A DNA stretch of 64,000 bases from Octopus bimaculoides. Taxonomy: Eukaryota. The notes beneath the pieces are model-generated. The model did no database searches, was not told the origin of the DNA, and saw only the letters and a list, made by a program, of their open reading frames with translations. Below, in pieces: positions 49,272 through 62,866 of the stretch. Within the stretch, counting starts at the first letter, position 1. Each line of letters opens with the position of its first letter. Both the position numbers and the translations under genes were made by a program. The stretch covers positions 20,567,716 to 20,631,715 of the forward strand of contig NC_068998.1 in NCBI RefSeq assembly GCF_001194135.2. Direction: 5' to 3'.

Positions 49272-51709
49272 TAGAACTCAGTGAACTGGTATGATTTTAA
49301 TTTTTGATTTTTGGCTTTATACTTAAACAAAACATTAAAAAAAGTAAAAAAAAAAATTAATTAACTAATCTTTTCTGTTATAGGTACAAGGCTTAAAATG
49401 TTAGGGGAAGGAGCTAGTCAATTTCACCAACCCCTGTACTTATTTTATCAACCCAGAAAGGAGAAAAGGCAAAGTCAAGATCAGCAGAATTTGAACTCAG
49501 AATGTAAAGAGAGACAAAATGTTGCCAAGCATTTAGCCCAATGCATAAAGACAATAAGCTTTATTTCTTTTCCATTCACTACTGAAAGAAAAAAAAAAAA
49601 TATGGATTCCTGGTAAGACAATTCTCTCCCTTGCCATTAAGATGAACAACCAATCAACTGAAAGATTACAGAAACACAAAAAATTCTAACCAAAGAACTG
49701 CGAATCTCCATAAAATATATGATGGTGGTTATGTACATACATGAATCAGTAAATTGCTGAATAAATGAGAAAGAATGTATACAGATATATTATTGGAAAT
49801 AGTTGGAATTAAGTCTTCTACTAAAAACTGAAAAATGCCTATGATATAACTATGATTAGGAAGAACTGCATTAGAATCACAAGGAAGACATGAACTGGAC
49901 TGTTTTGAATTGAAGCACGCAGTACAGCATTGATGCTTTTTTGTTTTTTTCTTATTTTTCTTTTGTTAAATATATTCCTGTTCATATTTTGAATAAAAGA
50001 TATTTGGTAGGCATGTTGCTTATGAAATTTCCAAAACATTTTATGTGTGTGTACATTTGTATTTATATAATTATAACCATCTTTATGGTTTACTGTTTTC
50101 TTTCTCTTTTATGCTACTAATGAACTTATCATTAACTTTATTTCTACAAAGTTAATAATTTAATTTAATGTAATGTATTGTTTAGTAGACCCAAGATTCT
50201 TGACATTATACTGATGAGATCTAACTAGATCAAAATAACAGCTATATATGAATGTTAAGGATTATAACTGATAAAATATTATTCAAAAGAAAGAAAATTT
50301 AATCAAATAAATGTATAATGACAATATACATAGTTCCTTTCATTTAACTGACAAAGAAAAAATATATGGATTTCTTGCAAGATGAGATAAACAATTAATC
50401 ATCTCAGAGATTACACTGAATAAAAGCTTTGTTTTTATTCAACCCTATTTTAAGCTTCATTCCAGCTGTGATAAGACACCGGCATATGTGTATAATGAGA
50501 TGGCAAGGCTGTGTACATAAGGCCTTCTTTTGGGGTGAGATTCTGTTTCCTCTCATTTTTCTAGAGAGAAGCAATGGCCAAACATCACAGTTGTCAGATT
50601 TATGATGTCCAATTTATATTTGGTTTCATTTTACATTTATTCAGAGTTCAGATCCTGCAGGGAGTCAATGTTATGTTTCATCACTCCAGGGTTGATAAAA
50701 TCAAGCATGTACTACTATGTTAATAATTAAACTGACTTTAATTACAGAGGTTAGAGGTCACTAATTTGTTGCTTTTAGCATATGATATGTAGGTGAAACT
50801 CATATTTGGTGCCTGTGATGAGTATTCAGATGTAATAAAACATCATCATCACCATTTGTGTAGAGGGAGAAAAGTTGGAAAAAACGATAGAGTACTGGAG
50901 TCCTTTGAATTTGTGATTTCTTGTTTTACAAACTGAAGTCTTACCAGAGCCAACTTTACATTTTATTGTTACAATTAGAGCTTAAGCTATCTCTTTCCTT
51001 AATTCCATAGTGATGATGATAATAATGGTATTAGTGACAATGACAATAAGGATGATTATGATGATGAAAATGATGGTGGTAATGAAGTCAGGCATCAAAT
51101 GACATAAACAGATGATATCTAAACAAAAGAATATGCATTTATTCCAAAATAAGAACTTGGAAACAATAAATATGTAAGAGAGCAATTATTCCACACATGA
51201 AAAAAAAAACTTTCAACCATAAATTCCATATTCATTAATCACCACAGCAGCTGGTCAGACAGGCTAACTACTGTGCTTGTTGTTTCTTTACATTTGTTCT
51301 TGGTATTAAGAAGAAGAATCATCTAGTCTCCTGTCTTATTAGAAGTAGGGTATAATTTGAGAAATTTTGGCTGTTATTTCTAGCATGTCGAGCGACACTG
51401 TAGAGGCCTTCTCAGTGGCATGTATTATTCCTGCATTCAGAGGAGGTTGAGTTTATTAATAAATATAGAGGGAAGTCAGGGTAACTTGTACCATTAAATA
51501 AGACTAACTTGTAAAAAAACCACTGAGGGAGAATCTATGCCAGTAGTTTTCAACCAGGGTCAATATAAAATTTTGGGGGGTTCACACACCAAAATAATAA
51601 GCTGGGGATCCACGAGAGTATTTTAAGGACCCCTGAAGAACTTTTGCTTCATATGTATAGGTATTTATTGCAAGAAACAGCTAGGTTTCTTTCTCTAGCA
51701 TTTTACAAA

Positions 51710-52160
51710 GGTGCAGGCATAGCTGTGTGTTAAAAAGCTTGCTTTCCAACCACATGGTTCCAGGTTCAATCCCACTGTGTGACACCTTGGACAAGTGTCT
51801 TCTACTATAGCCGTGAGCTGACCAAAATCTTGTGAATAGATTTGGTAGACAGACACTGAAAAAAAAAAACATCGTATATATATATATATATATATATATT
51901 TATGTGTGTGTGTGTTTGTCTTCCCCCCCCCCCATTGCTTGACAACTGATGTTGGTGCGTTTACATCCCAGTAACTTAGCAGTTCGGCAAAAGAAACCAA
52001 TAGAATAAGTGCTAGGTGTGGTATTGAGCTACCACACTAGGCTTACAAAGAAGTTTTTCCTGGGGTCGATTTCTTCAACTAAAACCCTTTGAGGCAGTGC
52101 TCCAGCATGATCGCAGTCAAATGACTGAAACGGGTAAAAGAATGAAAGAATAAAGAATAG
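51710..52160 (+). mobile_element. SINE family A nested in the hAT MITE
   Basis: Full-length similarity to 56-438. Confidence 0.8.
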
Positions 52161-52314
52161 TTCAACCTACACAAGTTAACATGTGAAAAACAAAATATAA
52201 ATTTTGAAAGAAGCTTCTAAAAAACTAGCTTTTAAACATGAATGGGTATAGGGGTCGACCAGAATAAAATAGTAATCAATGGCGTCCATAGATACACAAG
52301 AGCATTCTGAGAGT

Positions 52315-52662
52315 GCTAACCTCTGCCAAGGCAATACCAACGTCCTCTCAATGATTAGCCAGAGATGATTTTTTAAAATGAGAATATCTGAAATAAACTG
52401 GACTGCTCTCACAAACGAGAATGCTAAAAATGAACCCGACCGCTCTCAAAAATAAAGCAACGGGAAAAATAATCTAGAATCCTTGTCTGGTACCATATCG
52501 ATCCCCAAATCTAATCAGTTTGTGCCAGCCACTAGGCCAAACATCCCTGAAAGTTTCACCCGAATCCATCCAGAGGTTCTTGAGATATCTTGTCCACGGA
52601 CAAATAAACAAACAAACAAACAACTGTAAACAGTACCTCCACCTCCACCAAGGTGGAGGTAA
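52315..52662 (+). mobile_element. non-autonomous Helitron/Helentron-like (HINE/DINE-1-like) element
   Basis: (AAAC)n followed by terminal hairpin ACCTCCACC-AA-GGTGGAGGT; related TAACCTCTGCCAAGG at the 5' end. Class assignment tentative. Confidence 0.4.
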
Positions 52663-54799
52663 AAATGGTTGAGAACCCCTGCTCTATGCAGTTATTTGAC
52701 CTGCTAGAAATAGTAGACAAATCTCTCCCAGATCCCACTCCTACAGTCTTTAAAAGCGATGCATTGAATAATATAGTCTGAGATATTCCAAATCTGAAAA
52801 GATGAAATAGTTATGACTGTATTGCTTTTGATCATAAGTTTACCTGATCAGGTTTGACAAGGGGGCCAGACATTAACGACAGTACAAAACGAGACTTTGT
52901 CACTTCAAAGTGAAATTAACACAAAGATATTTATCTAATAGAAAACATAACATTATTTGTCATGTTAACAATGGGAACCTGCTAAGGGATTTTTTTGACA
53001 TACAACTATCGCTTACAAGTGGTTTTTGTGACAAATCTTATCTCATGTCCTTGTTTATCTTTCGCAATGAGATTGATGGATTCTTATTTATTGCTTCGTG
53101 CAAATTGGCACGCCTCTCTTCATCAACTTTTATATTACAGTCATTGCTTTTGGGTAACGCTTCTTGTCTTCTTGTTTTCCGAGTCTAAAATTATCGTTCG
53201 GAGTTTTCAAATGAATGGGTTAAGAAACCTTGTAGTCCACCTGATATAACAAGGGAAATAACAGGGGAAATAACTCGTCATTACTATCTACATGTTTGAC
53301 TTTCTGTGATTGACAGTGTACTATCCGCCTGATAAAATCCTCAGTGCTGCATCTTCCCTATGTGAAGATGCACTATTATTGACTAATTAAATCAAGTAAA
53401 TCTAAGTGAAATGCTCTCAATTCACAGCATGTGTTCAAGATTTCTGTCATCATACATCATCATTTAACATATCTTAACTGGATTCAACAAGCTTCACAAC
53501 CATGTCGACCTCCAATGTTAGCTATGGTATGGTTTCTGTGACTGGATACCCTTCCTAATTCCTAATGCAAGCAACTTTACAGTGTGTACTGGCTGCGTCT
53601 TTTTTCGCGAGACCAGCATTAGCAAGGTTGTCAAAATTCTCCCTTGATTACGTGAAAAGTTATTTGAGAGAGGAGGAGATGGTTTTATGCCAGGTATTAA
53701 AAGGTTAAAGTATGATAGAGAGAGACAAGCAAAGATGTCTTGCAATAGAGGAGATATATGGCTACCTCGTATTTTATAAGAGTGTGTAGGAATAGCTGGA
53801 AGATGAAGATAGTGGTGACAAGGTGCTGGAATGTACTCTCAAGGTACAAGAAGACAAGTATATGAGAGAATATGAGGGAAGGACAGAATGGCCAATTTCA
53901 TAAGAGTGGGAGGAGAGCGGCAGAGGGCAGGTTGGGTAAGGGTGAACGCAGTGAGCAATGAACAAAGGTGGTTGATGGTAAATATCTGCATGGTAGGAAG
54001 AAGGTGAGAGAGGTAGAAACGATATTCACAGTAATATTTCAATAATAATAATAATTATACTTTATTAAGCTGGTCATCATCGTTGGCATTAACTTGTATC
54101 TGAGCTGTTAATCTGTAGTGATTGATTCAGCCTCCTCATCCTGATGGGTGCGAAGGGTGCCGGTATCTGAGGTGGCTGTTCAAGCCAAAGGCGGAATTAA
54201 GTTGGTACTAATAGGGAATTTTAGTAGTTCTAAAGTAATGGGGTATGGAATGGTTTCAGCCATGAATTGAAATTTCAAAGCAGAAACTGTTTTGCCTTAC
54301 TATATATACATGGTATTCAACACAAACTTTATTGAGTACTGACATCAAATGTTGGCAATTATATTGGTATTTACGTAATCAATGTGAGAAAAAGAGATAA
54401 TGCTAACTCTTGCAGAATTGAACTATCATGCGATGTCCAGACAAGGAGACACAAATATATACCCACACATATATATTGCTTCCAACTTTAGGTATAAGGC
54501 CAGCAATTTTTGGAGAGGGATAGGTTGATTAGATTAACCCCAGTGCTCACCTGATACTTCTTTTATCAACCTTGAAAGGATGAAAGGCAAAGCTAAACTT
54601 GATGAAATTTGAACTCAGAAAGTAAAGATGGACAAAATGCCTTTAAGCATTTTGTCTGGTGTGCTAACAACTCTACCAGTTGTCCACCTTATATCCACAG
54701 ACACAAATGATTGATAAAAAAATAAATATTAATGCAGTTTGTCTGATTCAAGCTGTAACCATTTCATCTTTTTGTACATGAGAAACTATATTATCTAAA

Positions 54800-55076
54800 T
54801 TTCGTTTTTGGATTTGGTTTGCAAGATTTTTTATGTGATTTCGTGTGTTGAAGCATATTGTGTTGTGTCTGGAGAGAGTCATTTTCTTATTGTGCCTTGA
54901 AATTTAACACACTCACCGTTAAAATTTCCACTTATTTCAGTCAAGACTATTGATAAGGTTGCAAGACGCAACAAAAATTTTAGGAAAATAAAAATAAGGA
55001 ATAAATGGAAATTTTAACGGTAAGTGTGTTAAATTTCAAGGCACAATAAGAAAATGACTCTCCCAAGACACAACAG
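54800..55076. mobile_element. insertion with internal 70-bp inversion and 13-bp TSD (Penelope-like or twin-primed)
   Basis: Arms 54861-54930 and 55006-55075; TSD TATATTATCTAAA at 54787-54799 and 55077-55089. Confidence 0.65.
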
Positions 55077-55819
55077 TATATTATCTAAAGTTTTCTTCCT
55101 TTAAAACAGTAGAATGTCATTTGAGGGAGAAATAGCAACTATTTCTACAAGTCATTTAGCAGAATTCTTAGAGCTTTGTATAAAATACCCATGTTATTTA
55201 GTTATAGTAGTTTATGTTCTGATTTCAAAGCCCACCAAACTTTACCTTTTAACCTTCCATGGTAGATAAAATGAAGTATAAATACTGGGTTGGCTTAATA
55301 TTACTATGAAGTATTGCAGATGTGAAAGGAATTATAATAAGGGAGTACATTTTTAAAATAAACACACATAACAAAAGACAAAATATGCAGATGTTAAAAT
55401 AAACACGCAATTGTTTATTCTAGACACTTTGGCAATGATTTAATGTTTATTAAGCATGGATGTGTTACACTAGAGGTTATCAGAATTACCTGCCAAGAGA
55501 TATGCAGGTCATATCTTGATATCAACACTGAAATGTTTCTCTAGTTAAAACACGTAATTAAGGGCAAAAACATTTGCCTGAGGAGTGTATGTGTGTGTGT
55601 AGCAGGAGAGGGGTTTCTTCTCTGAAGTCCTTCTACTGTTCAGCTCTCTTGAGAGTTTCTTACTCTACAGGTCAGTCAATTTAACAATCAATAGGTAAAA
55701 CACAATAGGAACAATTGACTTTTTAAAAAAAATAATAGTACTTTAAAATAAACAAGCTTAAAATGATGAATAGAAATGTGGATGCATGTGAATTTGTGTG
55801 AATGTCAGTGTATGTATAG

Positions 55820-56050
55820 ATGAGAGGAAAACTACAAAGTACCAGAACAGAGCCAAGATGACACACAATGCGTCCAAAGAGGCTTTACAAAACTCTCACC
55901 CTATCAGGTTCACAAGTGATTGGGTTTTGCAAGGATGGCAAAGAGGATCATTGATTTTGTAAGCTATACTGCACAGAAAGCTATCAAGATTCCTTGGATT
56001 AAGAGAGCTGATTCATTGGTAGTTAGTTGCTGCTTGATGTTGAGGGACCC
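55820..56050 (+). mobile_element. HERO/R2-superfamily LINE C-terminal remnant
   Basis: ERKTTKY..QRGF..LGF..KRIIDFVSYTAQKAIKIPWIKRAD resembles the RGF..LG..AAE.AS..LW.KR C-terminus. Confidence 0.4.
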
Positions 56051-56194
56051 AGTTCCATTACTTTGACTTTTGCTCCAAAGAGAAACTACCAGTTGATATC
56101 ACTTATAGCATCTCATGAATATCTCTTTATCAAAAGTCTTGAAGTAATCTGACAGTAGTTAGCAAACAATAAAAACATGTTTACATTTCTATGT

Positions 56195-56447
56195 ACAGGT
56201 GAGGGTTGGTAACGAGTACAGTGAAGAATTCTGGGTAGAAGTAGGAGTCCAGCAAGGTTCAGTCCTCAGCCCCCTCCTATTTATCATAGTCCTCCAGGCA
56301 ATAACAGAGGAATTCAAGACAGGATGCCCCTCGGAGCTCCTCTATGCTGACGACCTTATTCTAATTGCTGAGTCACTATCAGAATTAGAGGAGAAGTTTC
56401 AGGTGTGGAAACAAGGATTAGAATTGAAGGGCCTTAGAACAACATGT
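56195..56447 (+). mobile_element. RTE LINE RT core fragment
   Basis: VGVQQGSVLSPLLFIIVLQAITEEFKTGCPSELLYADDLILIAES..WKQGLELKGLR, uninterrupted. Confidence 0.92.
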
Positions 56448-56449
56448 AA

Positions 56450-56553
56450 TAAAGTGTCTAGCTCAAGAACACAACACACAGCCTAGTACTGGAATTGAAT
56501 TCACTACCTCATGACTGTGAGCCTGACACTCTAACCATTGAGCCATGCGCTTT
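56450..56553 (-). mobile_element. tRNA-derived SINE head (family distinct from A-C)
   Basis: TGGCTCAATGGTTAGAG...GAATTCAATTCCAG A/B-box-like head followed by GTGTTGTGTTCTTGAGC. Confidence 0.5.
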
Positions 56554-56754
56554 CACTTATAACTGTGATGTAGGGCTAATAATAATTTTTAATATAATTA
56601 TCAGAAATTGCACAAAATCTATCATGTGTGTGTAAGTATGATAAATAACCAATCATTCTGGTCCTTTAGGTTCAACATCCTGTGGTTGATCTTTACTACA
56701 TCCTACATGTTCTGGATTCTGAGGACTCCCTCATTCACAGTTTCCATCCACACA

Positions 56755-57020
56755 CATAATATGAATCCAGGCTGGTGGCATGTAAAAAGCACCATTCGAG
56801 TGTGGTCGATGCCAGAACTGCCTGACTGGCTTCTCTGCTGGGTGCATGTAAAAAGCACCACCACACGCTCAAAGTGGTTGGCATTAGGAAGGGCATCCAG
56901 CTGCAGAAACTCTGCCAAATCAGATTGGAGTCTGGTGCAGCCTCCCGGCTTGAGTCCTCAGTCTAACTGTCCAACCCATGCTAGCATGGAAAGCGGACGT
57001 TAAATAATGATAATGATGAT
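56755..57020 (+). mobile_element. RTE LINE 3' tail
   Basis: About 1.5 tandem units plus the conserved tail ending GGACGTTAAA(TGA/GAT)n. Confidence 0.8.
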
Positions 57021-57656
57021 GAATGTAGTGTACATAAATTTCCTTTTTTATTTCTCATTAATGCCACAACCTTAAAATAATATGAACTGAGAGATGCTCT
57101 ATTGAGTTCATGTCGTCTTATTAATAAGTTTGTTCAACTCATACCAGTAAGGAGGGGCAGAGAGAAAAAAATGTAAAGCCAATGATTATATATATGTGTG
57201 GTGAAGAAGTTTGCTTCTGATTTATGTAGTTTTGGGTTCTGTCCCACTGCACAGTACTTTGGGTAAGTGTCTTCTACTATAGCTCTAGGTTGACCAAAGC
57301 TTTGAGAATGGATTTGGCAGACAGAAACTGAAAGCAGCCTGCTGTATATCTATGTATATGTGTGAGTAATTTCGTTATTTCCTGCTGGTTGTAAGCAAAG
57401 GCTTTGCTAAGCGTCATTTACTTGCAGTCTACTGCCAAACTATAACTGAACTTATTGACATGTACAGCTTTTGTAAACAAAAGGCTCATTTTGGTGTCTG
57501 TTTCCAGTTCTCCACAAAAGAATGTCCAAGCTGTTTGTTTTTTGATAGACAGGGAAATTATTACCTTACTTAAAAACATATGGGAGCTAGTAAAAGGACG
57601 GACATCTGGCCATAGCAAAGTAGATATTAGAACAATGATGACAAGATATTTGTATG

Positions 57657-58045
57657 TCTTTTACTTGTTTCAATCATTAGACTGCGGCCATGATGGGAGT
57701 ACTGCCTTCAAGAATTTTTAGTCAAATGAATCCAGTATTCTTTTATTTTTAAAGCCTGGTACTTATTATATCAGTCTCTTCTGCTGAACAACTAAGTTAC
57801 AGGGATGTAAATACACTGACACCAGTTGATAAGCAGTGGTGGGAGATAAATACAGATAGATACATAGATATATATACACATATGTGTGATGGGTGTCTTT
57901 CAGTTTTCATCTACCAAATCCACTCGCAAGGCTTTGGTTGGCCTGAGCCAATAGAAGACACTTGCCCAAGGTACCACACAGTGGGAGCGAACTTCAAAAC
58001 CATGAGGTCGGAAAGCAAGCTTCTTACCTTACAGCCATGCCTGCA
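57657..58045 (-). mobile_element. SINE family A (further decayed copies at about 58127-58318, 59400-59525, 59800-59960)
   Basis: Reverse-complement similarity to 56-438. Confidence 0.7.
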
Positions 58046-58477
58046 CCGTATAAAGAAATACATGAACACTACATTTCTCATGTTATATTTAAAATGTCAA
58101 TTTTGTTAAGAAATCATTGATTTATCTTTTACTTGTCTCAGTCATCCGATAGCAGCCATGCTGGAGTACTGCTTTGAAGGATTTTAAATCAAAGAAATCG
58201 AGCCTCAGAAACTTTTTTTAAAGCCTAGTACTTATTCTAAAGGTCACTTTTGACGAAATGCTAAGTTACAACACTAACACAGGTTGTCAAGCTGTAGTAG
58301 GGAACATAGACAGGCATACATAAATATATACAGGGTGGCCCAAAAGTAGGTTTACAGTTATTCAACTACTTGTTTCGCATTCATATATTAACAGTTTAGA
58401 TCTTAATTATAAAAAATATGAAACCATTATTCTATGCTAATTCAGTTAATTGTAAGAAAGAAATTTAAAGTGCCTGC

Positions 58478-59390
58478 ATCATCATCATCGTTTAACGTCC
58501 GCTTTCCATGCTAGCATGGGTTGGACGATTTGACTGAGGACTGGTGCAACCGGATGGCTACACCAGGCTCCAATCTAATTTGGCAGAGTTTCTACAGCTG
58601 GATGCCCTTCCTAACGCCAACCACTCAGAGAGTGTAGTGGGTGCTTTTACGTGTCACCCGCACGAAAACGGCCACACTCGAAATGGTGTCTTTTATGTGC
58701 CACCCGCACAAGAGCCAGTCTAGGGGCACTGACAACGATCTCGCTCGAAAACCCTACAAGGCCAGTCAGGCGGTACTGGCAACGGTCACGCTCAGGNNNN
58801 NNNNNNNNNNNNNNNATCATCATCATCGTTTAACGTCCGCTTTCCATGCTAGCATGGGTTGGACGATTTGACTGAGGACTGGCGAACCAGTGCTGTTAGC
58901 GCTCCACTGGCACGGGTGACAGTCATTGAATTTGGTTCAATTATGATTTCGATTTCACTTGCCCCAACAGATCTTCGCAAGCAGAGTTTAGTGTCCAATG
59001 AAGGAAAGGTATGCATAAGTGGGCTGGCTACACCCCTGGCAAAGGCCAAGGATTATGGTCTCACTTGGCTTGCCAGGGCTTCTCATGCACAACATATTTC
59101 CAAACGTCTCGGTCACTAGTCATTGCCTTGGTGAGGCTTGATGTTCAAAGGTCATGCTTCACCACCTCATACCAGGTCTTCCTCTTCCACAGGTTCCCTC
59201 AACCGCTAGGGTGTGGCACTTTTTCACACAGCTATCCTCATCCATTCTCACCACATGACCATACCAGCGCAATCGTCTCTCTTGCACACTACAAATGGTG
59301 CTTCTTAGGTCCAACTTTTCTCTCAAGGTACTTACACTCTGTCGAGTATGCACACTGACATTACACATCCATCAGCTATAGATATATACA
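58478..59390 (-). mobile_element. RTE LINE 3' end(s), split by a small gap
   Basis: (CAT)n tails at 58478 and 58817; coding remnant RRLRWYGHVVRMDEDSCVKKCHTL..GRGRP. Confidence 0.85.
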
Positions 59391-60211
59391 CAGACAATGC
59401 GCTTCTTTAAGTTTCCCTCTACCAAATCCACTCACAAGGCTTTGGTTGGTCCAAGGCTATAGCAGAAGGCACTTGCTCAAGATGTTATGCAGTGGTACTG
59501 AACCAGGAACCATGTAGTTGGGAAGCGACTTATTTAGGTAAATTTCTGTATAGAAAATACTCATATTAGATTTTCAGGATATAATTTTTATAACTTCCTT
59601 CGTTATCATTATTTTAATGTCCACTTTTTTGTGCTTGCATGGGTCAGAGATTGTTAAGGCAGATTTTCTATGGCTGGATGTCCTTGCTGTCACCAATCCC
59701 AACCAATTTCCATGCAAGGTAATATTTCCTAATGGCCAGATGTGTTTCTGCAGAATATTGGAAATGAAGGTCTTGATAAGTCAAGACAAAGAGATACAAA
59801 CATAGACACATAAGTTTCTTTCAGCTTTTAGCTACCAAATTTACTCACAAAGCTTCATCCAGCATGAGGCTGTAGTAGAAGACACTTGCTCAAGGTACCA
59901 CAGTGGTACTGAACCTAAATTCATGCGGTTGGGAAGCGAATTCCTCAACCAAATAGTCACATCTGCAAGGAAATCAAAACGAGATGCCACAATTTTAGAG
60001 TCACACTACATAGAGAAGCAATATACCACATTCACCAGACAATTCTCAAATCAACAAGCAAAAGAAACTAGTAGCTAGAAATAGAAGTCAAATTTCCATC
60101 TATAAAGAAAAAAAAAAAGACACAGGATAATGAAGTCCTCAATATATTATGCCTGGTGGTTGGAAATCATGACTTGAACTCTTGATCAGCACACTGAGCT
60201 GCAACACCTAC

Positions 60212-60261
60212 TTTATAGAACAGCAGCCTTTTCTTGAGATGACCTCCCATGACCACCGCAC
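60212..60261 (-). other. candidate 50-nt exon
   Basis: Acceptor CTTTCTTCCTGCCCTTAG| and donor AAA|GTAGGT; phase 1 to 0 frame AVVMGGHLKKRLLFYK is open. Confidence 0.25.
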
Positions 60262-62725
60262 CTAAGGGCAGGAAGAAAGCAGGTTTACCTTTAGATAAAA
60301 ATAATAAACTCACTATGTTGTTATTTCTGGCTGTTGACTAATGTTAAATGCAACAGCACGAATGAATGTTTCAGCAACTCCCACTATTTGTGATATTGGG
60401 TGATTAGTTTCTCCTCTAATTAAATTGTAGTTGATAATCCTTTAGCTCTTAACTTGACAGTATATGATAGTCAAATGCAACTGATTCATTTAATGTACAT
60501 TCCTATTCTTAACTGACTAAAAAAAAAAAAAAAAATCATTGTCAAATTTTACTTCAGATAAATTAATCACGATTGTAAGGTCATGAGTTCTTACGAGCAG
60601 GCTGTTCTTTTGATTGAATCAACTGGAACCCTTGTCTCAAGTGACAGGGAGTGAATATATTTTTAAACAACTATGCAAATTTTTATTTAGCTTCAGATCA
60701 ACTGTAACCAAACAAACTTACAATAAATGGTACTCCAGCTGTAACCATCCTGTTCTTTTTTTTTTTTTTTAGTTAGGAGAATATTATCTAATAGGTCTCT
60801 CCTTATTAAAGACAGTTATTTGAGGGCAATTTGACTGCTATTTCTAGCAGGTAGTGTTGGTAATGATGTAAAGATATTGCTGTGTGGCTCAGGTGCCTTT
60901 CTGTGGCATTGTGGACCAGAGTCAAGTACAATCTCAGGCCAGAAGAGATTTGGTGGATGGAAATTCAAAGCTCATTGTATGTATATAGATAAACACACAT
61001 TCATAGATATATGTGTGTGTCTCCTTGTCTCAACAGCAAAAGAGTTGTGAAATGAGTGTCACCATCATATATGTAGTGTCCATTTCCAATCTTCCATGAA
61101 AGCATATTTAACCATAGGAAACATTGCCTTGCTAGAAAATAGGAAGGATGAAAAAGTGCACATTAAAATTATAAGGATGATATGACACTAAATCTGTTTT
61201 ATAAAGCAGAAAGTTTCAAGAAGAAAAAAAAAAAAAAAAAAAAAAAACCACCTCAATTTTTGTGTCATTATTAACCATACTTTAGACTAGTATTACCATT
61301 TAATTCCAGGTTATCATCCTTTAACATGTTTCCCATGTTGGCATGGGTTGGGCAGCCTGACAGGAGGTGGCTTGGCAGAAGACTGTACTAGACATCACTT
61401 TCTGTTTTGGCATGGTCTTTATGGCTCGATGCCCTTCCTAACACCAACCACCTTACAGAAAGCACTGAATGCTTTTTATGTGACACTAGCATCAGCAAGA
61501 TCTGTTTGGCACAGTTTTTTATAGCTGTATGCCTTTCCAAATGCCACCCACTTTACAGTATGGACTGGATGCTTTCTACACAGCACCAGCACTGGTAAGG
61601 TCAGCAAGTAATTTGCAGGACAAGGATCCTTGGGGGTGGTGGTGGTGGGGTATTGGCATAGTTACCCAGTCAGTGGGAGAGAGAGTGGAAGAGAGTGATA
61701 GTGCAGGAGAGAGATGGTAGCAGAGTGCCAGGGCATACCCTCAAGGAATGAGGATCAGAATATAAATGGAATGGTAAAGTATTGCTGATCAAAAAGCATT
61801 CCAGCTTTGACTATCCCATCAATTTTTTTTTTAGACCATATAAACATTATCTAATAGGTCCTTTCCCACTCTTTTTCTTAAAAAGCAGTAGAGTTTGATT
61901 TCGCTACTATTTTTACCAGCTTGAAGCATCATGTAGAAATACTTGTTGGTTTGCTTGTAACAGATTATTTAAGAGAATGTGAAATAATTTTACTTTAAAA
62001 TCTGAAAAGATTCTGAAGAGCAGGACACTGTATTTAACAACAGTAAAATCAAAACCAGAAACTACAGAAAAGCAACCAGGGTCTGACTAGCAATTACTCT
62101 GCTTAAAGATAAAATTGTTTTATATTGCTTATAGAAATGTTATATATATATATATATATATATATNNNNNNNNNNNNNNNNNNNNNNNNNNNNNNNNNNN
62201 NNNNNNNNNNNNNNNNNNNNNNNNNNNNNNNNNNNNNNNNNNNNNNNNNNNNNNNNNNNNNNNNNNNNNNNNNNNNNNNNNNNNNNNNNNNNNNNNNNNN
62301 NNNNNNNNNNNNNNNNNNNNNNNNNNNNNNNNNNNNNNNNNNNNNNNNNNNNNNNNNNNNNNNNNNNNNNNNNNNNNNNNNNNNNNNNNNNNNNNNNNNN
62401 NNNNNNNNNNNNNNNNNNNNNNNNNNNNNNNNNNNNNNNNNNNNNNNNNNNNNNNNNNNNNNNNNNNNNNNNNNNNNNNNNNNNNNNNNNNNNNNNNNNN
62501 NNNNNNNNNNNNNNNNNNNNNNNNNNNNNNNNNNNNNNNNNNNNNNNNNNNNNNNNNNNNNNNNNNNNNNNNNNNNNNNNNNNNNNNNNNNNNNNNNNNN
62601 NNNNNNNNNNNNNNNNNNNNNNNNNNNNNNNNNNNNNNNNNNNNNNNNNNNNNNNNNNNNNNNNNNNNNNNNNNNNNNNNNNNNNNNNNNNNNNNNNNNN
62701 NNNNNNNNNNNNNNNNNNNNNNNAC

Positions 62726-62866
62726 AAGCTAATTTAATAGCGTGTAAAACCTTCTCCTGGATGCTTTGTCGTCCTGTTTGTGAATACCGAGAAGAGTATT
62801 GTTTTCTAATATGGAATTTATACAGGAACTTTGAGAGCAGTTTTACAGTTACTGTTAACCATTCAA
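62726..62866 (-). CDS. candidate 141-nt coding exon of unknown product
   Basis: Long pyrimidine tract ending TTTTGTAG|. Only the phase-1 frame is open: EWLTVTVKLLSKFLYKFHIRKQYSSRYSQTGRQSIQEKVLHAIKLA. The putative GT abuts the gap. Confidence 0.3.

Larger units (their letters stand above)
51541..52681. mobile_element. hAT-like MITE hosting nested insertions
   Basis: CAGTAGTTTTCAACC ... GGTTGAGAACCCCTG; TSD ATCTATGC / CTCTATGC (7/8). Confidence 0.7.

Noticed and set aside
51010-51110. Asp/Asn-rich plus-strand exon candidate
   Set aside because: Degenerate (GAT/AAT)n simple repeat.
52980-53200. Possible Tc1-like HTH fragment on the minus strand (AINKNPSISLRKI)
   Set aside because: Only one short motif, no TIR or DDE segment identified; too weak to call.
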